Origin: Pirellulales bacterium
GTDB taxonomy: Bacteria > Planctomycetota > Planctomycetia > Pirellulales > UBA1268
Reading direction: 5' to 3'
Assembly: GCA_044236455.1 (NCBI GenBank)
Contig: JBIIGJ010000004.1
Span: 584-64,583 of the forward strand
Length of the DNA stretch: 64,000 nucleotides
The position numbers were made by a program, and so were the translations under genes. Shown here in pieces: positions 9,535 to 19,055 of this stretch. The number at the start of each line of letters is the position of its first letter. Position 1 is the first letter of the stretch. Below the pieces are notes generated by a model. It saw nothing but the letters and a program-made list of their open reading frames with translations, was not told where the DNA came from and searched no databases.

Positions 9535-10788
9535 TTACTCACGCCCGGGCGGCGGAGCCTGCGGCCCCTTGCCGGGGGGGTGCTTTGTGGCTCCGGACTG
9601 GCCGTCCCCGATCAGGAGTGGCAGGACCTGCAGGGCGAGAAACAGTCCGAGAACAGCGAGCACGACCTGCGGCCAGATGCCTGCGATCCGCTCGCCCCAT
9701 TCCCAGCCTGCCTCGCGGGCGATGCCGCCCACGAGGGTCGCCAGAACGAGCAGCATCAGAGCCGCCAGCACCAGGCCGCAGCCGAGCGAGGCCATGGTGC
9801 CACGGAACGTGCCCAACTCGGAAAACTCCTCCTGGTGGAGGTCGATCGCCCGGCCTTTGGCGAGGCTGCGGGGCACGGTCTCGGCCAGTTCGATGGCCCG
9901 GGCCGCGTCGGACCAGGCCGCCGGGGCGACCGTTGTGGGCTGCCGGTGGTCATGCAGCAGGTCGAGCATCACGGCGCCGCGGTCGAACGCCAGCGTTTCG
10001 GCGGGATCGCCGGTCCAGGTCCACGGCGCACCAATAGGGCGGCCGGCTCCGTCGAGGGACTCGTCCGGAATATCGACGGCACACGAGCCCTGGGTATGCA
10101 CGAGCATGATCCGCAGGCCCGGCCGGTCGCCGCGGACCACCTGCCACCGCACGGGCACCTGGGAGGGCCCGGTGAAGCCGACGGCCAGCGTGCTCCAGGC
10201 GGCGTCGGCGTCGGCCGTGCCGAGCGTGGAGAGCCGGGAGGGATCGCCCGCCAGCACTCGGACGAGGTCGGCATCGACGGCCAGCGCCCGAAGCACTCCA
10301 TCCCGCGACCGGTCGACCAGCCGTCGCTCCATCGTGATTGTCTCGACCGACCCCAGCGGGCTTGCGCCAGCGAGGCCCGCCTCGATCCTCTCCTGGAGCC
10401 GGCGGATGAAGGGGTGCAGCCGATCGGGCAGGAAGGGGATCAGCCTGGCTGCCGAATCGATGCGGATCATGTCGAGTTCGTAGGCCCAGAGCATCGACAG
10501 CGTGAGCGGATGGGAGAGCAAAAGCGTGCGGCCCGCCTGCACGAGCGCCCGCACACCGTCGGCCCGGGCATCGTTCCAGCCGTCGCCGCCAACCAGCACG
10601 GCATCGCAGATCCGCGGATCGATCAGGCTCTCCCAGGACGAGTCGCGGGGCACGTCGGCGGCCACTACCCTGGCCAGGGGGCCGGTGGTCGGCAGGTCGC
10701 AGCCGATCGCGATCGTGTCGCCCCGCGTGGCGGCGGCTGCCACCACCTCCGCGATTCGGGCGTCGATGCCTAGGAGTCCAAGCTTCAT
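9535..10788 (-). CDS. Gfo/Idh/MocA-like (degenerate) oxidoreductase with C-terminal TM hairpin
   Basis: N-terminal Rossmann-like start, WESL...DAVLV, LLLSHP in place of EKP, two C-terminal hydrophobic helices. Confidence 0.55.
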   Translation of the reverse strand: MKLGLLGIDARIAEVVAAAATRGDTIAIGCDLPTTGPLARVVAADVPRDSSWESLIDPRICDAVLVGGDGWNDARADGVRALVQAGRTLLLSHPLTLSMLWAYELDMIRIDSAARLIPFLPDRLHPFIRRLQERIEAGLAGASPLGSVETITMERRLVDRSRDGVLRALAVDADLVRVLAGDPSRLSTLGTADADAAWSTLAVGFTGPSQVPVRWQVVRGDRPGLRIMLVHTQGSCAVDIPDESLDGAGRPIGAPWTWTGDPAETLAFDRGAVMLDLLHDHRQPTTVAPAAWSDAARAIELAETVPRSLAKGRAIDLHQEEFSELGTFRGTMASLGCGLVLAALMLLVLATLVGGIAREAGWEWGERIAGIWPQVVLAVLGLFLALQVLPLLIGDGQSGATKHPPGKGPQAPPPGRE

Positions 10789-10868
10789 GGGGCCATTGTC
10801 GCCGGCCGGCCGGCATTCGACCAGCCCGGGCCTGTGCAGCCGGCGGTGCGTGGGGTATACGAAGGCAT

Positions 10869-12107
10869 ATGGATGCAGAAGTGATCGCGATCGGCGACGA
10901 ACTCACCACCGGCCAGCGGCTCGACACGAACAGCCAGTGGATCTCCACGGAGCTGGGCCTGCTCGGCATCCCGGTGCTCTTTCACACCACCGTCTGCGAT
11001 ACTCTCGAGGCCGGCATCGAAGCCTTTCGCATCGCGGCCGCGCGATGTGACCTCGTGGTGGCGACCGGCGGGCTGGGGCCCACGGCCGATGATCTCACGA
11101 GGGACGTGTTGGCGGCGGTCGCCGGCGAGCCACTCGAACTTTCGGCGACGGCGCTCGAGGCCGTGGAATCGCGGTTTGCCAGACGAGGCACGGCGATGCC
11201 GGAGAGCAACCGACGCCAGGCGATGTTTCCGCGTGGCAGTCGGATCATTCCCAACCCAGACGGCACCGCGCCTGGCATCGATCTCGACATCCCGCGGCCC
11301 GATGGCCGTACGAGCCGCATCATCGCGCTGCCTGGCGTACCGTCTGAGATGCGATTGATGTGGGCGGGCACCGTCGCCAGCGCACTCGTGGCGATGCTGC
11401 CCGACGCCGGAGTGTTCGTGCACCGGCGGATCAAGTGCTTCGGGGCGGGGGAGAGCGCGATCGAGGCTATGCTGCCCGACCTGATCCGCCGTGGCCGTGA
11501 TCCGCTCGTCGGCATCACCGCCCACGAGGCCACGATCACGCTGCGGATCGTGGCTCACGGCCGCGACGAGGCGGAGTGCCTGGCGAAGATCGCCCCGACG
11601 GAGCAGACGATCCGGGAGTGTCTCGGGGCCCATGTCTACGGCGGCGATGACGACGAGGTGGAGGATGCCGCCGTGCGAGTTGTGGCCGGCGCAGGGCAGA
11701 CGCTCGCCACGATAGAGGTTGGCACCGCGGGCCGCGTGGCCGCAGCCCTGGCGCAGGCCGAGGCGCGAAGGCAGGCCCACGCTCCATCCGCGGCCGCCTA
11801 CTGCGGCGGCATGGTGCTGCCGGCCGCGGCGGCCCCGGGGATCGAGCCGGAGTCGGCGGCCGGCGTCAGAACGCTTGCCGAGCGGGCCCGGACCGACTTC
11901 GGAGCGGCGCTCGGTCTCGCGGTCGGCGCAGCCCGACCGGGGCCCGACGGCCGCAGCGTGGTGGCGATCGCGCTTTCCGACGGGCAGCACGTCGAGCAGA
12001 TCGAGCATATGCTGGGGGGTGGCCCCACGTTGGCCCTGTCGCGTGCGGCAAAGACTGCCGTCGATCTCGTGCGACGGACGCTCGCATCCCGGAATGCCAC
12101 TTCATGA
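10869..12107 (+). CDS. cinA: CinA-family protein (MoCF/COG1058 domain plus degenerate PncC domain)
   Basis: IGDELTTG..LDTN, TGGLGPTADDLT, GTAPG, LPGVPSEM, GAGES. Confidence 0.88.
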   Translation: MDAEVIAIGDELTTGQRLDTNSQWISTELGLLGIPVLFHTTVCDTLEAGIEAFRIAAARCDLVVATGGLGPTADDLTRDVLAAVAGEPLELSATALEAVESRFARRGTAMPESNRRQAMFPRGSRIIPNPDGTAPGIDLDIPRPDGRTSRIIALPGVPSEMRLMWAGTVASALVAMLPDAGVFVHRRIKCFGAGESAIEAMLPDLIRRGRDPLVGITAHEATITLRIVAHGRDEAECLAKIAPTEQTIRECLGAHVYGGDDDEVEDAAVRVVAGAGQTLATIEVGTAGRVAAALAQAEARRQAHAPSAAAYCGGMVLPAAAAPGIEPESAAGVRTLAERARTDFGAALGLAVGAARPGPDGRSVVAIALSDGQHVEQIEHMLGGGPTLALSRAAKTAVDLVRRTLASRNATS

Positions 12108-13243
12108 GTTCGATCATCGAGCCCGGCCAGCCCCATGACCCGGGCCGCGCCGCCACCTGGCGGACGCTCGTCCTGTTTGCCGGGCTCGTCACGCTCGTGG
12201 GTCTCATCGTCTGGCCGTCGCTGGCCGGCCGGATCCAATATGCGAAGACGCGGGCCGAACTCGCGGCGATCCGCGATGCGGCAACCGGCGCGGAGTTGAA
12301 GTCGGTGGGCAAGATGTTCACGACGCTCGCGCGGGTCATCGGCCCGGCCGTGGTGAACGTGACGTCGAAGAAGCGGGTGCACACGCTGGCCGACGAGATC
12401 GCAGCGCTTCGCGGGGAGATGCCCACCGGTGCCACCGACGAATCGGTGGGCTCAGGCGTGATCGTCGAGGCCGACGGTGTGATCCTCACCAACTACCACG
12501 TCGTCGCCCAGAGCGACGAGATCGACGTCGCGTTGGCCGACGGCCGCCGGTTCAAGGCCGATCTCCTGGGCGCCGACGCCGCCACCGACCTGGCCGTGCT
12601 GCGGATCGACGCCAAGGATCTGCCGAAGGCCGACTGGGCCGACAGCGACACCGCCGAGGTGGGCGAGATGGTGTGGGCGATCGGCAATCCGTTCGGCCTC
12701 GACCGGACGATCACCTACGGGATCGTCAGTGCTGTGGGCCGGCGGGGCGTGGTGGACAATCCCTTCCAGGAGTTCCTGCAGACCGACGCCTCGATCAATC
12801 CGGGCAATTCGGGCGGCCCGCTCGTCGATGTGCATGGCCACGTGATGGGGATCACGACGGCGATCGTTGGCAAGGGGTTTCGCGGCATCGGCTTCGCGAT
12901 CCCGAGCAACACGGCCCGTCGGGTGTGCAACGAGATCCGCACGACGGGGCACGTGGAACGCGGCTACCTGGGGATGGCGCTTCGGGAGTTGCCGCCGGGC
13001 CTTGCTGGCGGACCGGGCGCGGCCGTGGCCGCCGTCGAACCCAAGTCGCCGGCCGCGGAGGCCGGGGTCAAGCCGGGCGACGTGGTGCTCGCCTTCGACG
13101 GCGAGGATATCACCGAACCCGCGACGCTCGTGCTCTTGCTCACGCGGGCGCCTGTCGGGGCGGAGGTGCCGCTGGAGATCATCCGCGACGGCCAGCAGCA
13201 GAGGATCACCGTCCGAGTCGGCCGCCGGCCCCACGACAAATGA
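12104..13243 (+). CDS. membrane-anchored HtrA-family serine protease with PDZ domain
   Basis: N-terminal TM, TNYHVV, DLAVL, QTDASINPGNSGGPL; ATGA overlap with cinA. Confidence 0.9.
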   Translation: MSSIIEPGQPHDPGRAATWRTLVLFAGLVTLVGLIVWPSLAGRIQYAKTRAELAAIRDAATGAELKSVGKMFTTLARVIGPAVVNVTSKKRVHTLADEIAALRGEMPTGATDESVGSGVIVEADGVILTNYHVVAQSDEIDVALADGRRFKADLLGADAATDLAVLRIDAKDLPKADWADSDTAEVGEMVWAIGNPFGLDRTITYGIVSAVGRRGVVDNPFQEFLQTDASINPGNSGGPLVDVHGHVMGITTAIVGKGFRGIGFAIPSNTARRVCNEIRTTGHVERGYLGMALRELPPGLAGGPGAAVAAVEPKSPAAEAGVKPGDVVLAFDGEDITEPATLVLLLTRAPVGAEVPLEIIRDGQQQRITVRVGRRPHDK

Positions 13244-13294
13244 AGCGCTGCTGGCACCGCATTGGTATCCCCATCGGGGGGAAGGCAACAGCAA

Positions 13295-13326
13295 GGCCGG
13301 AGGGCGTCTTGCGACACCCTCCGGCC
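13295..13326 (-). terminator. intrinsic terminator of the RRM gene
   Basis: Minus strand GGCCGGAGGGTGTC-GCAA-GACGCCCTCCGGCC followed by TTGCTGTTG; lies between convergent genes. Confidence 0.7.
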
Positions 13327-13352
13327 CTGGAAAAGCGTTTCGTTGGTACGGC

Positions 13353-13655
13353 TTAGAATCGGCGACCACCGCCGCCGCCGCCATAACCACCACGACCGCC
13401 GCTGCTCTCGCGCGGCTTGGCCTCATTGACGGTCAGAGGCCGACCGTCGAATTCCTTCTCGTGCATGCCGCTGATCGCCCGCTGCGCAGCGTCGTCGGCC
13501 TGCATCTCCACGAAGCCGAAGCCCTTGCTGCGACCAGTGTCGCGATCCTGGATGACCTGCGCGCTGACGACGGTTCCGAATTCAAGGAACATCTGCTCCA
13601 ACGCCTCGCTCGTCACGCTGTATGCGAGGTTTCCGACATAAAGTTTCTTGCCCAT
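13353..13655 (-). CDS. RRM-domain RNA-binding protein with Gly-rich tail
   Basis: RNP2 LYVGNL, RNP1 KGFGFVEM, VNEAKPR, GGRGGYGGGG. Confidence 0.95.
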   Translation of the reverse strand: MGKKLYVGNLAYSVTSEALEQMFLEFGTVVSAQVIQDRDTGRSKGFGFVEMQADDAAQRAISGMHEKEFDGRPLTVNEAKPRESSGGRGGYGGGGGGRRF

Positions 13656-13914
13656 GACACACAAACTCCTACCGATGACCCAAAGATGCTTTCGGGGTCA
13701 CGTCGAAAGGGCCAGAAAGTGGCAGCCCGCCAGCGGGTAAAGGCGAGGATAAAGAAGCCGCGGCAATGGCCTTTCGGCCCACACGCAACGAATAGCGTCG
13801 TCTCAAACCAACCCTGGCACTTTAGGTGACGAGCGAACGAAAAGCAACGTCTCTCCGCCGGCTGCAATCCTGGGGGCCGCGAAGCGTATCCGGGCCCCCG
13901 GCGGCTTGGTTCCG

Positions 13915-16900
13915 CTACTGCTTCGCGTCGTCGGGGGGCGAGCCGTCGGCGGGCGGATCGTCGAGAAACTTGGCGAAGTTGAACTCATCGCCGCCGAAGC
14001 CGCCGCCGAGTGTGCCCGTGAACCCGAAATCGCCGCCCGGGGCGGCGGCCGGGTTCGGCGTTGCTGCCGACGGTGTGCCCACCGGTCGCTCCACAGGTGT
14101 GCCTTGCGGCCGTGCCCGCATCGCAGTCGCCACCCCGGCCAGCCACTCGCCTCCCGGGAAGGCATAGGGGCGGAACTTCTCGAGCGTGCCGGTTTCCTCG
14201 TGGATGAAGAGGGCCCGCTGCGGCCCCAGCTTCACGGCTGCGGGGCTGTCGACCAACTGGCTGGAATCGGAGCCGCTCATCTGGAAGAGCACGCGGAGTT
14301 CGAATTCCTTGAGCGTGCCCCGCTCGAACGTTCGCTGGAGATTGGTGAGCGAGTCGCACCAGATCAGCACGTGCACCCCCACCGGCGGCCCGTCCTTCAG
14401 CAGGGCCACCAGGTTCTGCGCGGGGGTCGCCTTCTGCTCCCCGCCGAACGACGAATAGCCGAAGTCGGCTTCGTTCCGCCGCAACTCGCGGAAGCGGGCC
14501 AGGTCGCGGATGATCACGTAGACCGCCTCGCCGTCGAGCACCTGCTCGTCGATCCGCCGCCGCACCTCGTCGGCGAGCCGTTGGATCGCATCGCCCACGC
14601 CGAGCCGCCCCACGAGCTCGGTCTCGTGCGGCAGCGAGGGAGCGATGTTTGCCAGCAGGATATCCGGCTTCTCCTCGGCAATCGCGGGCTCGAACACCAC
14701 GAACCGTGCGGCTCGACCCAGTCCGCCGCCTTGATGCGGATCATGCGCAGCAGCCAGGCTCACGATCGACATCGCCAGCAGGCTCACGCCCAGATCCTCC
14801 CGCTGACCCACGATGAGCAGGTTGGCGCCGCCCTGACGGCGGAAAATGGCGGCCGTCGGGTCCTTGATGGCGATGGCGTCGCCCAGCCAGGCCAGAGGCG
14901 GCGTCTGCGACTTGCCCCCCACGGTGCCGTGGCCGAGCAGTTCGGCCAGCATGGCGTTGCCGGCCGGGTCGGCCGCCTCGTTGCCGTCGAACACCATGCG
15001 GGGCAGCGCGGGGATGTCGGTCCGCCGGTCGGCCAGCCGCCGCAGGGCGCCGAGGTAGCGTTCCCGGCGTTCGTCGTTGAGGAACACGACCTGAAACGGA
15101 TTATTGCCGGCGACCATGCCGTTGGCGTCGTTGTAGATCGCCTCGCCCGGGCGGGTCAGCAGCCGGGCGGCGGTGTTGTCTTCGCTGAGAATGAGGCTGG
15201 AGTCGGCCTCGTTGCACTGCAGCGCGATGCGGACGGCCATCTGCCCCATCGTGGCCCGGGGCAGGCTGTAGGAGCCGCCGAGTGTCTGGGAGCCGAGCAG
15301 CACGTGCATGCCGAAGGCACGGCCCTGGCGGACGAGGCGGTCCAGGATGAGAGAGGCATCCTGAGCGATCTTGTCATCCTCGACGAAGATTTCCTGAAAC
15401 TCGTCGATGATCAGCAGGATGCGGGGCATCGGCTCGCCGTTGCCCGATTGGCGGAAGCCGGCGACATCCTGCACGGCGAACTCGCGGAACAGGTCGCCGC
15501 GGCGCTTCAGTTCGCGGTCGAGCTGCTCGAGCACCGAGAGGCCGAACTCCCGCTCGCTCTCGATGGCGATCACCCGCGCGTGCGGCAGTTTGTAGTGGTC
15601 GTAGAGCTTGAACTCGACGCCCTTCTTGAAGTCGATCAGATAGAACTGGATCTCGTTGGGGCTGTAGTTGAGGGCCAGGCTCGTGATCAACGCGTGCATG
15701 AGCGTCGACTTGCCGGAGCCCGTCTTGCCGGCGATCAGCGCGTGCTGGCTCGTGCCCTTGCCGAGCTTCATGTACTGCAGCTTCTTGGCGCCCGCGGGCC
15801 CCAGCGGCGCGAGCACCTCGCTCGCCGTGCTGCCCGTCCACCACTCCTCTTCCTTCGGCGCCACGCGGTCGAAGGGCACCTCCACGCGCTTGGCCGCCTT
15901 GGCCGCCTTGCCCACCCGCTGGATGACCTGCGTGAAGACCTCGTCCGACGGTGGCTGCTCGACGGTGAGCGGCCACTTGCCGAACTCGGGGTCGCTCCAG
16001 GTGTAGACGCCGTCCTTGAGCAGGAGCGTGGTCGCATGCTTCTCGAGGTCGGCCAGGCTGAAGTTCGACGGCATGTGCTGCGACGTGTCGACCGAGACGA
16101 TCGTGTAGACGCCGCACCGCGCGCCCGAGGCGGCGATGCTCGCCAGCCGGCGGGCGCTCGTTTCGGTGAAGTTGGCCGGGAAGTTCGCCACCACGACAAA
16201 GCGATAGGGCTCGGGCACCTCGGCGTCGGCGTTGTAGTCGCCGATCGATTCGTATTCGTTGCGGAGGTATTTCTGGATCACCAGTTCGATCTGCTCGGTG
16301 ATGTCGGCCAGGCACTGTTCGATCTGTGGTGGCTCCGTCCAGATCCGGCTCGTGACGAGCAGTTCGTCGTAGTCGGCGAGGTGCATGAACCCGGCGTACT
16401 GCTTGCCGAGGCCGAGCGGATCGATGATCGTGAAGCGGGTCTGCCCCGCCGGCACGCCGCTGGCGATCCGCAGCATGAGTGCCTGCATCATCTCGGAGGC
16501 GACCTCCTTTTGGTCGCCGGTCGTCTTGATCAGCAGCGACGCCTCGACGGGAAAGGGGACGGTCGCGGGCTGCGTCCAGGCGACCGGTCCGAAGGCGTTG
16601 AACTCCGGCCGCGACGACACGCCCCCGGGCAGCCTTTCGAGCGACATTTCGAGCTGTCCGAACCGCAGGCCCGGCGGCGACACCGTCGGCAGGGGGCACT
16701 CTTCAGTGGCCAGTTGCTCCCAGGGGCGGAAGGCGGCGGCGTCGATGCGATTGGCGTCGTCGTAGACGGCGGCGGTCTCGGTGCGGACGGTCCGCCAGGC
16801 GTCGGTCATCTCCCGCCAGCGGTCGTCGCGGCGGCGGTCGGCGGCGGCGAGCCGCTCGTCGCGATTGCGGGCGACCGTGTCCAGGTATTCCGTGCGGGTC

Positions 16901-18081
16901 GTGGTGAGCGATTGGAGCCGTGCCGGGTATTTCTGTTCGGCGGCCTCCCGCGTGGAAGCACGCTTCTTCTCGATCTTGTCGACGGCCTCGGTGTATTTCG
17001 ACTCCAGGTCGGCGAGGAGCTTGTTGCGTTTCTCGGTGGAGGCGGTGAGATCCGCCTCGGCCTTGAGTGTTCGCTGTTTCGTCTCTTCGGCGAACGTGGC
17101 GTCGAGCTTGGCCAGCTGGGCGTCGTGGCGCGCCTTGATGTAGCCGGCGCCCGCAGCGAGGCACCGCCGCGCGTCTTCGATCGATCGGATCAGTTGGGCC
17201 CGCAACGCCACCGCCTGTGCGCCGGCGGTCTTCTGCATCCGGCTGATCAGCCAGAATCCCAGCCCTGCGCCCGCACCCGCGACGACGACCAGTGCCGCAG
17301 CAGCCGCAGCGAGCTTGGTGACAAGCGCCTCGGAGAAGCTGCCCGGGGCGAGAAAGAGGGCCGCCGCTCCAGCGGCGATCCCCAGCAGAACCGGCAGCAA
17401 GATCGCCGCTGCCCGCGTGCCTCCGGCGAACGCGGTGGCCACGCTCTTGAGCCCGAGGAGCTTGGCGGCGGCGTCGGTCACGCCGGTGCGGAGCTGCTCC
17501 AGGTGTGTCAGCAGCGCGGAGCCGGTCGGCAGCGGAGGGGAATCGGTCGTCGCGGCAGTCTCTCCGCCGCCGGTCTGGGCCGCCGCGATCTTGCGGTCTG
17601 CCAGGAACTTCAGGCTGCGGGCATCGGCCTCGTCGAGTTGGGTGGCGACGGCCGCCAGTTCATTTTCGGCCCGCCGCAGGATCTTCCCGGGCTCCCGGCG
17701 CTTCTCCTTGAAGACTTCCTTCGACGAATTCTCGTCGAACTGCGCTTCGTCCTTGAGCTGGACCTGTTGGTTTTCCCAGTTGCGGTTGATCGTCGCCGCG
17801 AAGCCCTTGCGCTGCGTGTCGAGCTTTGTGCGGTCGCCCACGGCCTCGGCCTCGGCCTTCTCGATGACCGCGGCGTGCTCCCGGCGGGTGGCCTCGCTTT
17901 CCCTGGTGTATTTCTCCTCCACGCCGGCGAGCATCGTCTCCGCCTGCTGCCGCGCCGCCACGGTCTCTGTTTCGTGTTCCGAGGCGATCTCGTGCTCCAG
18001 CCTGCTGCGCTCGGCGGCAGCCTGGCGGAGTCGCTGGATCTGCTGTCGCAGCAGTTCACGGTCGTAGGCGTTGTGGCTCAC
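13915..18081 (-). CDS. FtsK/SpoIIIE-family (EccC/EssC-like) membrane ATPase with long coiled coils
   Basis: Walker A GKTGSGKS (15706-15729), YLIDFKKG, Walker B ILLIIDEFQ, RQGRAFGMHVLLGSQ; two TMs (~17255-17410) flanked by coiled coils; last gene of the WXG100-like operon. Confidence 0.9.
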   Translation of the reverse strand: MSHNAYDRELLRQQIQRLRQAAAERSRLEHEIASEHETETVAARQQAETMLAGVEEKYTRESEATRREHAAVIEKAEAEAVGDRTKLDTQRKGFAATINRNWENQQVQLKDEAQFDENSSKEVFKEKRREPGKILRRAENELAAVATQLDEADARSLKFLADRKIAAAQTGGGETAATTDSPPLPTGSALLTHLEQLRTGVTDAAAKLLGLKSVATAFAGGTRAAAILLPVLLGIAAGAAALFLAPGSFSEALVTKLAAAAAALVVVAGAGAGLGFWLISRMQKTAGAQAVALRAQLIRSIEDARRCLAAGAGYIKARHDAQLAKLDATFAEETKQRTLKAEADLTASTEKRNKLLADLESKYTEAVDKIEKKRASTREAAEQKYPARLQSLTTTRTEYLDTVARNRDERLAAADRRRDDRWREMTDAWRTVRTETAAVYDDANRIDAAAFRPWEQLATEECPLPTVSPPGLRFGQLEMSLERLPGGVSSRPEFNAFGPVAWTQPATVPFPVEASLLIKTTGDQKEVASEMMQALMLRIASGVPAGQTRFTIIDPLGLGKQYAGFMHLADYDELLVTSRIWTEPPQIEQCLADITEQIELVIQKYLRNEYESIGDYNADAEVPEPYRFVVVANFPANFTETSARRLASIAASGARCGVYTIVSVDTSQHMPSNFSLADLEKHATTLLLKDGVYTWSDPEFGKWPLTVEQPPSDEVFTQVIQRVGKAAKAAKRVEVPFDRVAPKEEEWWTGSTASEVLAPLGPAGAKKLQYMKLGKGTSQHALIAGKTGSGKSTLMHALITSLALNYSPNEIQFYLIDFKKGVEFKLYDHYKLPHARVIAIESEREFGLSVLEQLDRELKRRGDLFREFAVQDVAGFRQSGNGEPMPRILLIIDEFQEIFVEDDKIAQDASLILDRLVRQGRAFGMHVLLGSQTLGGSYSLPRATMGQMAVRIALQCNEADSSLILSEDNTAARLLTRPGEAIYNDANGMVAGNNPFQVVFLNDERRERYLGALRRLADRRTDIPALPRMVFDGNEAADPAGNAMLAELLGHGTVGGKSQTPPLAWLGDAIAIKDPTAAIFRRQGGANLLIVGQREDLGVSLLAMSIVSLAAAHDPHQGGGLGRAARFVVFEPAIAEEKPDILLANIAPSLPHETELVGRLGVGDAIQRLADEVRRRIDEQVLDGEAVYVIIRDLARFRELRRNEADFGYSSFGGEQKATPAQNLVALLKDGPPVGVHVLIWCDSLTNLQRTFERGTLKEFELRVLFQMSGSDSSQLVDSPAAVKLGPQRALFIHEETGTLEKFRPYAFPGGEWLAGVATAMRARPQGTPVERPVGTPSAATPNPAAAPGGDFGFTGTLGGGFGGDEFNFAKFLDDPPADGSPPDDAKQ

Positions 18082-18157
18082 GGTGCAGATCCATCTCCAG
18101 TGATGAGTCGAGAGGCGAGAAATCGAGACGGGACGAGGGTCGAATGGTGCGGTCAGC

Positions 18158-18391
18158 TCAGAAGTCGTTGGTATCGCTCACGTCGCGGCTGGCGCGGGCG
18201 AGCACCTCGGCCAACCGGCCGACGGCCTCGAGCGTCTCCTTGACCCTCGGGGACAATGGCTCGATGTGCTCCTTGTGAAACGCCCTACTCGTGGCATCGT
18301 CCCAGGTCTCGCGGGCCGATTCCCACTTCAGGTGCAGTTGCTTCAGGGCCAGCGCCATCTTGCCCGCGCCACCGGAGAGGTCGGCATTCAT
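18158..18391 (-). CDS. small WXG100-like helical hairpin protein (77 aa)
   Basis: MNADLSGG...WESARETWDDATSRAFHKEHIEPL; helix-W-x-D-helix; ATGA overlap with the upstream gene. Confidence 0.7.
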   Translation of the reverse strand: MNADLSGGAGKMALALKQLHLKWESARETWDDATSRAFHKEHIEPLSPRVKETLEAVGRLAEVLARASRDVSDTNDF

Positions 18392-19029
18392 TGGTTGCCC
18401 CCTTCCTGGCTGGCAGACGGGCCCGCGGATTCGGTCGAGGATGGCGCGGCTGCTGCCGGGGGCGCGGTGGAGGCCGCTTCGTCCACGGGCCGCGCGACCG
18501 ATGTTCCGCTGCCGCTTGCCGGACCGTTCTTCGTGCCACGCGGTGCGGCGGTGTGGGCGTAGTGATCGAGGGAGACGAGCATCCGTTCCAGGCGGGCCAT
18601 CGCCTTGGGACAGTCGATGTCGATTACCTCGCGGAACCGCGTCAGCCGCACGCCGGTCTCCTGGAACTGCTGTCGCACGACGGGCGTCCATCGCCGCACC
18701 GCCTCCGCCTTCTGCTCGGCGCGGGCGAGCCTTTTCTTGGCCTTCTCGAGCGCCTTCTTCTCCTCGCTGCACGCGGGCGTGTTGTCGCCCACTTTCTTGT
18801 AGGTGCGGCAGTGCTGAAGATCCTTCATCGCCTGGTTGACGCCATCGGCCGCCCGGCGGACTTCGGTCTTCCAGTAGGCCGCCTGCTCGATGCAGATCCA
18901 GTCGACGATCCGCTGTGCCTGCATCTCCACCTCGGCGAGCGACTGGCCGGACTCGTGACCAAACGCCGCCATCGCCGCCTTCACGAAGGCGAGCGTTTCG
19001 ATCGATTTGACTTCCGCCTGGGTGGACAT
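18388..19029 (-). CDS. all-helical coiled-coil protein (213 aa), probable extended WXG100 paralogue
   Basis: MSTQAEVKSIETLAFVKAAMAAF...YWKTEVRR...LERMLVSLDHY, then a low-complexity tail; lies between two WXG-like genes. Confidence 0.75.
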   Translation of the reverse strand: MSTQAEVKSIETLAFVKAAMAAFGHESGQSLAEVEMQAQRIVDWICIEQAAYWKTEVRRAADGVNQAMKDLQHCRTYKKVGDNTPACSEEKKALEKAKKRLARAEQKAEAVRRWTPVVRQQFQETGVRLTRFREVIDIDCPKAMARLERMLVSLDHYAHTAAPRGTKNGPASGSGTSVARPVDEAASTAPPAAAAPSSTESAGPSASQEGGNQ

Positions 19030-19055
19030 GCGTCGTGGTGCGGCGCGGTTTCGCG

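Noticed and set aside
13915..18081. Chromosome-segregation FtsK or conjugative coupling protein
   Set aside because: No gamma domain, multiple tandem P-loop domains, WXG100 neighbours, and no relaxase or integrase nearby
13906..18243. 1445-aa plus-strand ORF
   Set aside because: Antisense shadow of the FtsK-like ATPase; no motifs; typical of GC-rich codon bias
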